This document shows, piece after piece, positions 7,805 to 15,618 of a DNA stretch of 15,618 nt (position 1 is its first letter; each line of letters opens with the position of its first letter). The notes under the pieces are model-generated. The model worked only from the letters and a program-made list of their open reading frames with translations, made no database searches and had not been told where the DNA came from. Origin of the DNA: Fibrobacteria bacterium (GTDB taxonomy: Bacteria; Fibrobacterota; Fibrobacteria; UBA11236); contig JAYTHY010000022.1 of assembly GCA_043732185.1 (NCBI GenBank), positions 1 through 15,618 of the forward strand. Direction: 5' to 3'. The position numbers were made by a program, and so were the translations under genes.

Positions 7805-9124
7805 GTGAGCGTGGGGCTAAACATGGGGTTTGTGAGCCGGGTGGGCAAGCCTCCGGAACTCGCGCTTAGAATATCCCCGGCGGACGTCCCTGCGAACGCG
7901 CTCAGACAAGCCTGCGGCTTGCCCACCCGGCTCCCAAAGCCCCTCTCTCGTGCCCACGAACACGTCGGTACTACGGTAGCGGGGCGGAGTGGTCTCGGGG
8001 AGGGGAGGGGAAGCAGCGGGCTGCTGGTGGGGTTGCGGTTGTGGGTTGTGATGATGGTGTTGGTTGGGGTGGCTGGATGGACGCTGGGATTAGCGGAAGA
8101 GGGCGCCGCGGGGAAGGCGCCGGAAATTGAGCAGGAGAAGAGTGAAGGGAAGAGTGAGGGGGCGGTTGCTGGTGGAAAGCCGGCGGATGGGAAGTTGCAA
8201 GATCCGCTTGCTAGTGGAAATCGGCTTTATGAGAAGGGGGATTTTGTTGGGGCGGCGGAGCAGTATAGGGTAGCGGCGCAGAAGTCGAAGATTTTGGTGA
8301 ATCGGGCTTTTGCTTGGTTCAATTTGGGGAATTGTCATGTGCAGACCAAAAGTTATAACAAAGCGGTGGTTGCGTATCGGCGGAGCTTGGAGGAATCGCC
8401 TTTGTTTACGCGGGCTTGGATGGTTTTGGGCGAGGTCTATTATACTATGGGCGCGGTGGGAGATGCGTTTCCTTGCTTTAGGCGTGTGATTGAAATCGAT
8501 GGGCCGAATCTTAGGGCATATCAAATGCTTGGGGAGTTGGCTTTGCAGGGGGGTGATATTCCAGAGGCGCTGCAGAATTTTGAGGCAGCGCTGAAGCTCG
8601 ATCCGGATCAGGCGGACATCCACCTGGCTATGGCGGAGGCGTATACTCGGATTCGCGATTATGCGAGTGCGCAAAAGGTGATGGAGGAAGCACTGCTCAT
8701 TCTTCCCAATCCACCTGCGGAGGCCTACTTTTATTTGGGTCAATTGCATGAGCTGGGCGGGAATGATAGGAAGGCTGTGCGGGCCTATGAGGAGGGCTTG
8801 CTGATTGATCCCAAGCGGACGGAGTATTTTATGCGAATAGCCGGAATCCATGAGAAAAATGGGGATGATTTTTTGGCATTATTGACTTTGGAGCAGGCGA
8901 TTCGGTTGGGGATTAAGAAGCCGGAGATCAGGGTGAAGCGGGGGATGATATTTTTTGGGCAGGGGCGGTACGATAGGGCGTTGGAGGAGTATTCGGCTGC
9001 GTATGCGCTGGGGAGTCAGCAGGGGCGGAGGGGGATTGAGAATGTGGCTGCGGTGTATTTTAATGGTGGGGATAGGAAGCGGGCCCAAAAAGTCAATTCC
9101 ATATTGAATCTCGTCACTAAATGA
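7805..9124 (+). CDS. Tetratricopeptide repeat protein with signal peptide/TM segment (TtpD-like); start codon uncertain
   Basis: Many TPR repeats (AWFNLGNCH, AWMVLGEVY, AYQMLGELA, AYFYLGQLH). Hydrophobic segment at about residues 73-97. GTG 7805 has a GAGGGG RBS; alternative starts near 8027-8054 lack a well-spaced RBS. Confidence 0.9.
   Translation: MSVGLNMGFVSRVGKPPELALRISPADVPANALRQACGLPTRLPKPLSRAHEHVGTTVAGRSGLGEGRGSSGLLVGLRLWVVMMVLVGVAGWTLGLAEEGAAGKAPEIEQEKSEGKSEGAVAGGKPADGKLQDPLASGNRLYEKGDFVGAAEQYRVAAQKSKILVNRAFAWFNLGNCHVQTKSYNKAVVAYRRSLEESPLFTRAWMVLGEVYYTMGAVGDAFPCFRRVIEIDGPNLRAYQMLGELALQGGDIPEALQNFEAALKLDPDQADIHLAMAEAYTRIRDYASAQKVMEEALLILPNPPAEAYFYLGQLHELGGNDRKAVRAYEEGLLIDPKRTEYFMRIAGIHEKNGDDFLALLTLEQAIRLGIKKPEIRVKRGMIFFGQGRYDRALEEYSAAYALGSQQGRRGIENVAAVYFNGGDRKRAQKVNSILNLVTK
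7810..7958. repeat. Palindromic (REP/MITE-like) element with 18 bp perfect arms
   Basis: GAGCCGGGTGGGCAAGCC (7834-7851) is the exact reverse complement of GGCTTGCCCACCCGGCTC (7916-7933). Pairing extends imperfectly to 7825/7943, with outer CGTGGG (7810-7815) and CCCACG (7953-7958). Confidence 0.85.
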
Positions 9125-9236
9125 ATGTTGGTTTTGCAGGACAATTCGGAATTCACTAACATTACTAAGGCCTTTAAAAGGTTTGTACTTTCTTTCCACC
9201 TTCTTAACTTCCCAATCGGAAAAGGATTCTGAACGA

Positions 9237-10862
9237 ATGCGAAACGGAATTTTCATTACTCATACATTAATTTTTTGCCTCAGCACATGCTTTTTCGCCT
9301 CAGGTATGGCGATGGAATTTCCACAAGATTTAAAAAGAAAAATCCTTGGTAATACTGAAGAATTGCAAAATAGCCCAACTGATCTAAACAGAGATTCGCC
9401 GGATAACTCAATTGATTCCATTCGCTACCTTGTTGGAGGGGGAGATGGATTTAGGATTTCTATAGTTGGACTACCAAGCCAGGAGTACTTTCCGATAATT
9501 GATCAGAAGGGAAATATATTCGATGGCGATATTGGAATTATTCCGTTGGGGAAAGTCCCACTTTGCGTAGCGGAATCTATCATAGCAGAAAAGGTGAAAA
9601 AAAAGTTACGAAAAAACAATGAAATCTATATTTCACTTCGAAAAATTAAAAAGGCGAATGTTACTGTAACGGGTCTAATTGCAAATCCAGGAACCTATAC
9701 AATATCTGGAAGTATGCATGTTTTTGATGCGGTTAAAATCGCTAATGGCGGAACTATTCCGTCTCAAGCACTAGTAAACTTCCGATCCATAGAAGTAAGA
9801 AATGGTGACTCGGTTAAAAGCCTTGACTTACTTAGGTTTTTGATTAAACAAGATGTTTCTCAAAATCCATACGTCTATCCGGGCGATCATATCCATCTCC
9901 GATCACTGGATACTCGAATTTACTTGACGGGTGAGTTTATGGAACCAAGCGGCGGAGAAATTCCATTGTTGCCAGGTGAGACTGTTGCTGACATTCTCAA
10001 AATTATCCGTTTGCGGAAAAATGCCGATACTACTGTAATTACCGTGCACATTGCCGAAACTAATGGTGCTCAACCAAATAGCCAAAGAACCCTAAAAGAA
10101 ACCATGGACTGCGTACTTGGAAATAATGACGTAGTATCTATTGGATCTCAAATGATGAGTCGGAGAGCCGACACCATTACCGTTACTGGAGAAGTCAATA
10201 GGCCGGGAACCTACTTTATCAATTTCCACGAAACCACGTTAAACTCGGTTCTAGAATTAGCCGGAGGGCCAACTGAACAAGGGGATGTCAATCGAGCCTT
10301 TATAATTCATAAACGCAAAATGAACGAAATAATAAATGAAGGGGTTCACCCTGGGCTTATTGGCCAAGCAGGACTTTCGCAGCCCTTCCCTACCCCGGTT
10401 TCCATACGAACCGTTCGTCCAGAAATTTCTTCTTCCATTTCAGACTTGCTGCAAACGGGAGATTTCAGCGTGATTGAAGAACATGAACTATCTCAAAAAG
10501 GCCTCCTAGTGGATGGTGATGAGGTAAACATCCCACATAGAGAAACTTTCGTCTATGTAAGCGGAAATGTCCGGAAGCCCGGAGCCTTTCCATATAAAGC
10601 TGGAGCTACCTACGCAGAGTATATAAAGGAAGCTCATGGCTATACAAGAAAAGCAGACAGCCGAAACAGCTTCATCCTTACCAAATACAAAGGCGTAACA
10701 CAAATACGATCTGATACTGAACCAAAACCTGGGGACATCCTAGTAGTTCCATCCAGCATGGAATATAAAAGATTTAATGGGCTTTATGTTCCCTTGTTTC
10801 AAATCGTTCCCGCAATTGTAAGCCTGGTCCTTACATTCGTAATAGTGTTAAAAACGAAATAA
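9237..10862 (+). CDS. SLBB-domain polysaccharide export protein (Wza/KpsD/OtnA-like)
   Basis: Signal peptide; Poly_export-like YLVGGGDGFRI...IDQKGNI; repeated SLBB units VTVTGLIANPGTY, ITVTGEVNRPGTY, VYVSGNVRKPGAF; PGDILVVP and a C-terminal hydrophobic helix. ATG 9237 follows AAGGA. Confidence 0.9.
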   Translation: MRNGIFITHTLIFCLSTCFFASGMAMEFPQDLKRKILGNTEELQNSPTDLNRDSPDNSIDSIRYLVGGGDGFRISIVGLPSQEYFPIIDQKGNIFDGDIGIIPLGKVPLCVAESIIAEKVKKKLRKNNEIYISLRKIKKANVTVTGLIANPGTYTISGSMHVFDAVKIANGGTIPSQALVNFRSIEVRNGDSVKSLDLLRFLIKQDVSQNPYVYPGDHIHLRSLDTRIYLTGEFMEPSGGEIPLLPGETVADILKIIRLRKNADTTVITVHIAETNGAQPNSQRTLKETMDCVLGNNDVVSIGSQMMSRRADTITVTGEVNRPGTYFINFHETTLNSVLELAGGPTEQGDVNRAFIIHKRKMNEIINEGVHPGLIGQAGLSQPFPTPVSIRTVRPEISSSISDLLQTGDFSVIEEHELSQKGLLVDGDEVNIPHRETFVYVSGNVRKPGAFPYKAGATYAEYIKEAHGYTRKADSRNSFILTKYKGVTQIRSDTEPKPGDILVVPSSMEYKRFNGLYVPLFQIVPAIVSLVLTFVIVLKTK

Positions 10863-11726
10863 CTACCTAACTCCAAGCTTTCCCATTAAGGCATCCCTAA
10901 TTCCCAACAAATATTGAGAAAGTATACGGGGATTTCGAATTTTATAACCTAGCAGCAAAATAATAAAAGGCCAGTAAATACATTTCTGCAGCAAGGTTGC
11001 TCTATGCATGATAATATGTGTTTGGTTACGCATTCGGTAATATTCTTTTGGCGTTCCCATACGATCTGTTGACGAACTAACTTTATGGCGAATCACTATT
11101 TTTGGGTTGTGTATGATACTTACCCTATTTTTTTTTAACCGGATACAGAAATCAAAATCTTCTTGATACATAAAATAACGATCGTCAAATTTGCCATGCC
11201 TCTGGAATACCTCAGAAGGCACAAACATCATACATCCCGAAAGAAAATCAATGTTTGCTTGAAAGCCAGGTGCAAAAATAGGCTTAACTAGTCCAGTCCA
11301 CTTTGATAATCTACCGATATTATGCGAAATCTGACCTGTTTCAGAGTCCAACACAGTTCCAGCGATTACAGCGCCAGGATTGGCGTTTATTGTGGCTAAG
11401 CATTCTGGCGCAAACATTAAATCCACTACAGTGTCGTTATTCAAAATTAAGATCGATTTAAATCCTTCGGCTAATGCAGCTGCAATTCCCAGATTCATTC
11501 CACCGGTGTAGCCTAGGTTCTTGCCTGGTGCGAAATAGGCGTAATTAGATCCAGAGCTTTCCAGGAATTCGAGAAGTACCTTTTCAGACCCATCGTCCGT
11601 ATCATTGTTAATTAGGAAAAACTTAAAAGCATCCTTATCCGACGCGATTATAGAAGAGATACAAGCAATAGTATCCTCAGGAAACCGATAATTGATAAGT
11701 AGACAAGCAATGGAAGCCAAACTCAT
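10863..11726 (-). CDS. Glycosyltransferase family 2 (WbbL/rhamnosyltransferase-like)
   Basis: NLGYTGGMNLG, LILNNDT, SGCMM, FDDRYFMYQEDFDFCIR; ATGA overlap with the upstream GT4. Confidence 0.95.
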   Translation of the reverse strand: MSLASIACLLINYRFPEDTIACISSIIASDKDAFKFFLINNDTDDGSEKVLLEFLESSGSNYAYFAPGKNLGYTGGMNLGIAAALAEGFKSILILNNDTVVDLMFAPECLATINANPGAVIAGTVLDSETGQISHNIGRLSKWTGLVKPIFAPGFQANIDFLSGCMMFVPSEVFQRHGKFDDRYFMYQEDFDFCIRLKKNRVSIIHNPKIVIRHKVSSSTDRMGTPKEYYRMRNQTHIIMHRATLLQKCIYWPFIILLLGYKIRNPRILSQYLLGIRDALMGKLGVR

Positions 11727-12916
11727 TGGACTCCCTCAGGAATTGAAATCCCAGAGGATTGAAAAATGCTTTCAAACCAATCAGTCAAACGCTTTTTAGC
11801 AGATTCTGGAGAAAAGTATTGTGCTCGTTCACGAGCTCGATTCGAATATTTAGTATAAGATTCTGGCTCTTGGATCAGATCATCAAGCGCCCTACCCCAT
11901 GCTGCAAAATCGTTATTCGCCTCTAGTATTCCTGCATCTCCAACAATTTCTGGTATGGCCGAATTTCTAAATCCGAAGACTACTAAGCCATTGCCCATAG
12001 CTTCCACCAAGGGAAGACCGAAACCTTCCTTCAGGCTGGGGAAAAGTAGAATGTGGCAAGCCGCATATAGCTGACTCAGTTCTGCATCCGTTACTAGCCC
12101 ATGCCAACGGATCTTGGACCGGACACCCGCAGACTGGGCGATGGAATCGAGTTCTTTCCGAATATCTGGAGCGATTCTTCCGGCCAGATGCAATACGACA
12201 TCGTGGCTACCTACCACTTCCTGGAGATGTGAAAGTAGCGCTGCAATATTCTTTCTGGGCTGATAGGAACCGACATAGAGGAAATTGATGGGGGAAAAGT
12301 TAGCGGTCTTTTCAATACTCGCAATTGTAAGAGCCTCGCGAACACCCAAATGCACCACCTTTAGTTTGGCAGTATCCATGGAAGGGAAGAAAGCCAATGC
12401 TTTCTCGCGGGTATGGTCACTATTTGTCATCTTATATTCCACTCGAGAAGCAATTTTAGCCTTATACCTATAGTACAACCTTCGACTCCATTTTCGACTC
12501 TCGGTAGAATCCGGTTCTAATTCAATGAAGTCATGGTAACACAGTGCTTGTGGGACAGAACACCTAACAACCGTGCGAAGCTCAGGGTGTATAATTAATT
12601 TTGGGTTGCGTTTAAGCAATTTTCGATATCGAATGGTACTAAAGAGGCCATGAAACCGTTCATACCTACCAATACCTGGCACTGGCGACATTTCCACAAC
12701 TTGATCCCGACTGACACCTATTGGCTCAAGATATTTTTTAAATGTTCCAGGTGCAGCAACGAAGCTCGTACCCTTAAACCGGGGGGTCTTCGCCAGAATT
12801 TCAACCATGCGAAAAATAACCTGGTGAATACCTCTTAGATCGCCAGCAAAACCAAGAATAGTTACATCAAGAAAGACTCCATTTCCAGTATTCTTTTGCT
12901 TCAATTTAACCCTCAC
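11723..12916 (-). CDS. Glycosyltransferase family 4 (MtfB/WbpY-like GT-B)
   Basis: GIH near N-terminus, HD motif, VGSYQPRKN, FPSLKEGFGLPLVEAM (EX7E); GTGA overlap with the upstream GT4. Confidence 0.95.
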   Translation of the reverse strand: MRVKLKQKNTGNGVFLDVTILGFAGDLRGIHQVIFRMVEILAKTPRFKGTSFVAAPGTFKKYLEPIGVSRDQVVEMSPVPGIGRYERFHGLFSTIRYRKLLKRNPKLIIHPELRTVVRCSVPQALCYHDFIELEPDSTESRKWSRRLYYRYKAKIASRVEYKMTNSDHTREKALAFFPSMDTAKLKVVHLGVREALTIASIEKTANFSPINFLYVGSYQPRKNIAALLSHLQEVVGSHDVVLHLAGRIAPDIRKELDSIAQSAGVRSKIRWHGLVTDAELSQLYAACHILLFPSLKEGFGLPLVEAMGNGLVVFGFRNSAIPEIVGDAGILEANNDFAAWGRALDDLIQEPESYTKYSNRARERAQYFSPESAKKRLTDWFESIFQSSGISIPEGVQ

Positions 12917-14082
12917 GACTTCAAATGACCTAACAGTTCGTTACCTATCTTTTCCATGGAAAAATTTTCTTCCACCGCCTTTCGGTTGATTTCGGCCATA
13001 ACTCGATATTTTTCAGAATCCAAAAGATCCTCAATGGTGCGCATTAACTCGTTAGCGTCATTCCATATCGGGATGGTTAATTCCTCTAGCCCCTCAGCTC
13101 CGAGTGGAGTAGAGACAATGGGCCTTCCAAACGCTGCCGCCTCCACCAACTTAGTCCGCAGTCCACGACCTTCGCGAACGGAGTTCACGAATATTCCGAT
13201 TGACATGTAAAAATCTACCAAGTTTGGAACATCATCCCAAATCGCTATAGTTGGGTTTCCTTCACAGGCTACCTTGAGAGAATTTGGAATTCCTCGGCCA
13301 GCAATCAAAAGTTTAAGCGTGGGGATTTTTACAAGTAGCGTAGGATAAAGCTTGGTGGCCAACCAATGAGCAGCATCGATATTGGGTAAATGCTTGAAGT
13401 TTCCAATAAATCCAAGCGTGCGTGGACTCGTAGGCACGGGGAGCTGAGGATATTCCTCCAGAGGAATTCCATATTTTAAAATTGCAGTCGGCAAATCCGA
13501 AAACTGGCGGCGAATAACGGTCCGCTCTTCTGGAGAAATAGTGATAAATAAATTTATTGCCTTCATTCTTCTTTTGTAGTACGCCAGTGTCTGCTTATGC
13601 CGCAATTTATTCTTCAGCGATAGAACCCAACGGAAAAAGCCATCTTGACCAATCGGCGGCTTTCGAAAAGATTCGATAAGTAAATCGTCTTCTAAGTAGA
13701 CTGCTTTCCCAAACCTTAGCCCCCAATCTTTTCCAAGAAACGAGAGAGATAAAGGGTAAGCCATTAAGGTTGCATCAAATTGCAATCCGTTCAAAAATGG
13801 CCCTACGGTTGACCTATGCCATATGATTTCCTCATTAATATCTACGGGCGTTGAACTAGCCTTACGCCACCAAGATTTTGGATTTCCCAGCGATAAATAC
13901 AATGCCTTAGGAAACTCTGCAGGCTGTTCATCCCCTTCGCGCCATTCTCGACATCCGTCTAGGCAAATGAGGTATAAATCACAGTTTTTGGCGAGCTCGG
14001 AAGCAAAATAATATAAGCGCTTAACCCCACCAAAACGCGACTCTCGAAAGAGCGCAAAAGAAGAGATGAAAAGAACCTTCAT
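12913..14082 (-). CDS. Glycosyltransferase family 4 (GT-B)
   Basis: MKVLFIS...FGGVKR, FIGNFKHLPNIDA, GRGLRTKLVEAAAFGRPIVSTPLGAEGL. Confidence 0.93.
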   Translation of the reverse strand: MKVLFISSFALFRESRFGGVKRLYYFASELAKNCDLYLICLDGCREWREGDEQPAEFPKALYLSLGNPKSWWRKASSTPVDINEEIIWHRSTVGPFLNGLQFDATLMAYPLSLSFLGKDWGLRFGKAVYLEDDLLIESFRKPPIGQDGFFRWVLSLKNKLRHKQTLAYYKRRMKAINLFITISPEERTVIRRQFSDLPTAILKYGIPLEEYPQLPVPTSPRTLGFIGNFKHLPNIDAAHWLATKLYPTLLVKIPTLKLLIAGRGIPNSLKVACEGNPTIAIWDDVPNLVDFYMSIGIFVNSVREGRGLRTKLVEAAAFGRPIVSTPLGAEGLEELTIPIWNDANELMRTIEDLLDSEKYRVMAEINRKAVEENFSMEKIGNELLGHLKS

Positions 14083-14365
14083 TTGGGTCCGAAAATTGGT
14101 TTAGCAAGGCTAATCACATGGGTAAAATAGCTAATTCTAGACTACGACGCCTTGACAAGGTAGAGCCATAAGTCGACGAATCATTGATATTGGAGGATAG
14201 GTCCAATTACTCAGTGTCAAACAGATCCCTGTTCCAACCGTTCAGTTACCACAGGAAACTGTTAAGGGGTAGATTCCATCATTTCAACTCTTGACCAGTC
14301 CCCTTGGGCCGAAGTACTTTTATTAAATGTAACCGCCCTATTTATTCTAAAACTAAAGGCTTTTG

Positions 14366-14382
14366 TTGGCACGCAAATTGCA
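14366..14382 (+). promoter_or_regulatory. Sigma-54 (-24/-12) promoter of the lipoprotein genes
   Basis: TTGGCACGCAAATTGCA is a perfect match to YTGGCACGNNNNTTGCW, 50 bp before ATG 14433. Confidence 0.88.
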
Positions 14383-14432
14383 ATTACCTCATCAAGTACA
14401 AAAGTTACGCCAATATTAAGGGACATAATCAG

Positions 14433-15185
14433 ATGCTATTAAAACCCCGCATTTTCTTACTCCTGATGACCATGGCGATAATCGGGTGCCAGCCCACCAC
14501 CACTGCACCAGTCGAAACCAACCAGAAACCTTTGCCCGAATTTTTCAATTTGGAAATCGGAAGCTCATGGGAGTACCTTCTCTCCTACTCAAAAACTGAA
14601 CCCCTTTGGCCTGTAGTCCATGCCATAGGCGCCAAGAAGACAATTAAGCTGAAGGGCGTAGCAAAGAATTTTGATACCACTATATTTGCATTCTCCATAA
14701 GTGACACTGTGCTAAATGATTACTCCACCACTCCAGCTGATACAATTAACCAATTAAGCGATTCGAGCGGTCAACAACTAGAACGCTTATCCGGTTTCGG
14801 CTGCAAACCGGGCCACTATTCGGTTTCCTTTTTCGTCACACCAAAATCACCTTATCCTCAGGCCATCATGGGTTGGGTTGGATTCGATCTTTTTCTTAAA
14901 GGCCCTGTGAAGTTGGATAGCATGAACTATACCTATGACATGACTCAAACCAAGGTGTCATCCAAAGTTATGAACATAATGCAATGGCATGGCAATCCTC
15001 ATTACATCGCAAACTTTCCGAATCCCGAAAGTCACCCTCCCATCTTTGTAGACGGTTACAGCTATTTTGAAAAAATAGGCTTACTTGGTTCTCGTTATTA
15101 TTCAGGGAGTCACGGCTGGGGCCTTCGTAAGTCGTTAGAGCTTTTAAAATTTAATGGCCAAGATGTGGTTTTTTCTGCCCAATGA
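14433..15185 (+). CDS. Hypothetical lipoprotein (250 aa)
   Basis: Start moved from 14304 to ATG 14433 (AAGGGA upstream, and downstream of the sigma-54 site). MLLKPRIFLLLMTMAIIGC has a lipobox, followed by a Pro/Thr linker and FFNLEIGSSWEY. Confidence 0.85.
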   Translation: MLLKPRIFLLLMTMAIIGCQPTTTAPVETNQKPLPEFFNLEIGSSWEYLLSYSKTEPLWPVVHAIGAKKTIKLKGVAKNFDTTIFAFSISDTVLNDYSTTPADTINQLSDSSGQQLERLSGFGCKPGHYSVSFFVTPKSPYPQAIMGWVGFDLFLKGPVKLDSMNYTYDMTQTKVSSKVMNIMQWHGNPHYIANFPNPESHPPIFVDGYSYFEKIGLLGSRYYSGSHGWGLRKSLELLKFNGQDVVFSAQ

Positions 15186-15231
15186 AAATTATTTTGGTCG
15201 TCGCTTCAGGCCTCTCAGGGAAGGAAATTTT

Positions 15232-15555
15232 GTGAGGAAAATCTTATGGTTTTGTTTTTCCCTTACCTTACTTTGTTGCACGGAAGATGAAGTTTCGAAC
15301 CCTGTAATAGCAAAACCTCCGGCAATAACGGATTCAAAACAGCCCGTGGATAAAATTGACTCTGCCTACTTCCCGATAGAGCCATTCCTGACTTGGAAAT
15401 ATCGCAAAGCAATTACTGGTGATTTTGCTGGCATTCGTATGGAACCAAAAAATTTTGGTTTTACAATTCGATCTCCCCAAATACTGGACTCACTCACCTT
15501 GGTCAGGGTAGTGAATATTAATTCGGCTCTTCGGGCGATCGAGTGGGTGAAATAG
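15232..15555 (+). CDS. Hypothetical lipoprotein (107 aa), possibly truncated
   Basis: GTG 15232 after AAGGA RBS; MRKILWFCFSLTLLCC lipobox-like signal, Pro-rich linker, YFPIEPFLTWKY similar to the motif in the upstream gene. Confidence 0.7.
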   Translation: MRKILWFCFSLTLLCCTEDEVSNPVIAKPPAITDSKQPVDKIDSAYFPIEPFLTWKYRKAITGDFAGIRMEPKNFGFTIRSPQILDSLTLVRVVNINSALRAIEWVK

Positions 15556-15618
15556 CGACCGAAATGTCCTGTAGGCCAATGTAGGCAAGGGATTTGTTGA
15601 TTTTATGGGTCATCAAAA

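Noticed and set aside
8090..9256. Minus-strand ORFs 8090..8851 and 8879..9256
   Set aside because: Antisense to the TPR gene; their Pro/Leu/Ile/His-rich content reflects the local skew rather than a real protein.
11128..11136. A9 tract in the GT2 gene (and A8 at 9597-9604) as phase-variation sites
   Set aside because: Lys codon runs in AT-rich genes are common, frames are intact and there is no evidence of length variation.
15597..15616. TTGAT...ATCAA as an FNR site
   Set aside because: Spacer is 10 bp rather than 4 bp, and the downstream gene is outside the window.
1..15618. CRISPR arrays, tRNA/rRNA genes, riboswitches, transposases, defence genes
   Set aside because: No regularly spaced repeats, recognisable RNA gene or riboswitch consensus, or matching protein motifs were seen by eye; a covariance-model search was not possible.

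Overview
Bacterial chromosomal window; taxon not determinable with confidence. Left to right: (i) the 5' part of a caa3-type cytochrome c oxidase operon on the minus strand (CuA subunit II fused to cytochrome c, then A1-type subunit I running off the left edge) behind a consensus sigma-54 promoter; (ii) two divergently transcribed small unknown genes (77 and 78 aa) that align without gaps and look like paralogues; (iii) a GatB/YqeY-domain gene and a Bfd-like ferredoxin; (iv) a six-gene TtpB/TtpC/ExbB/ExbD/TonB/TPR (TonB2-type) energy-transduction operon, whose TPR gene has a ~150 bp palindromic element in frame at its 5' end and a strong G-over-C strand skew; (v) an AT-richer surface-polysaccharide block (SLBB export protein converging on GT4-GT4-GT2); (vi) two unknown lipoprotein genes behind a second, perfect sigma-54 promoter. 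No rRNA, tRNA, CRISPR array or transposase was seen. The best candidates for something undescribed are the divergent small-paralogue pair and the in-frame palindrome with its adjacent skew. Family assignments come from motif recognition by eye, not database searches.
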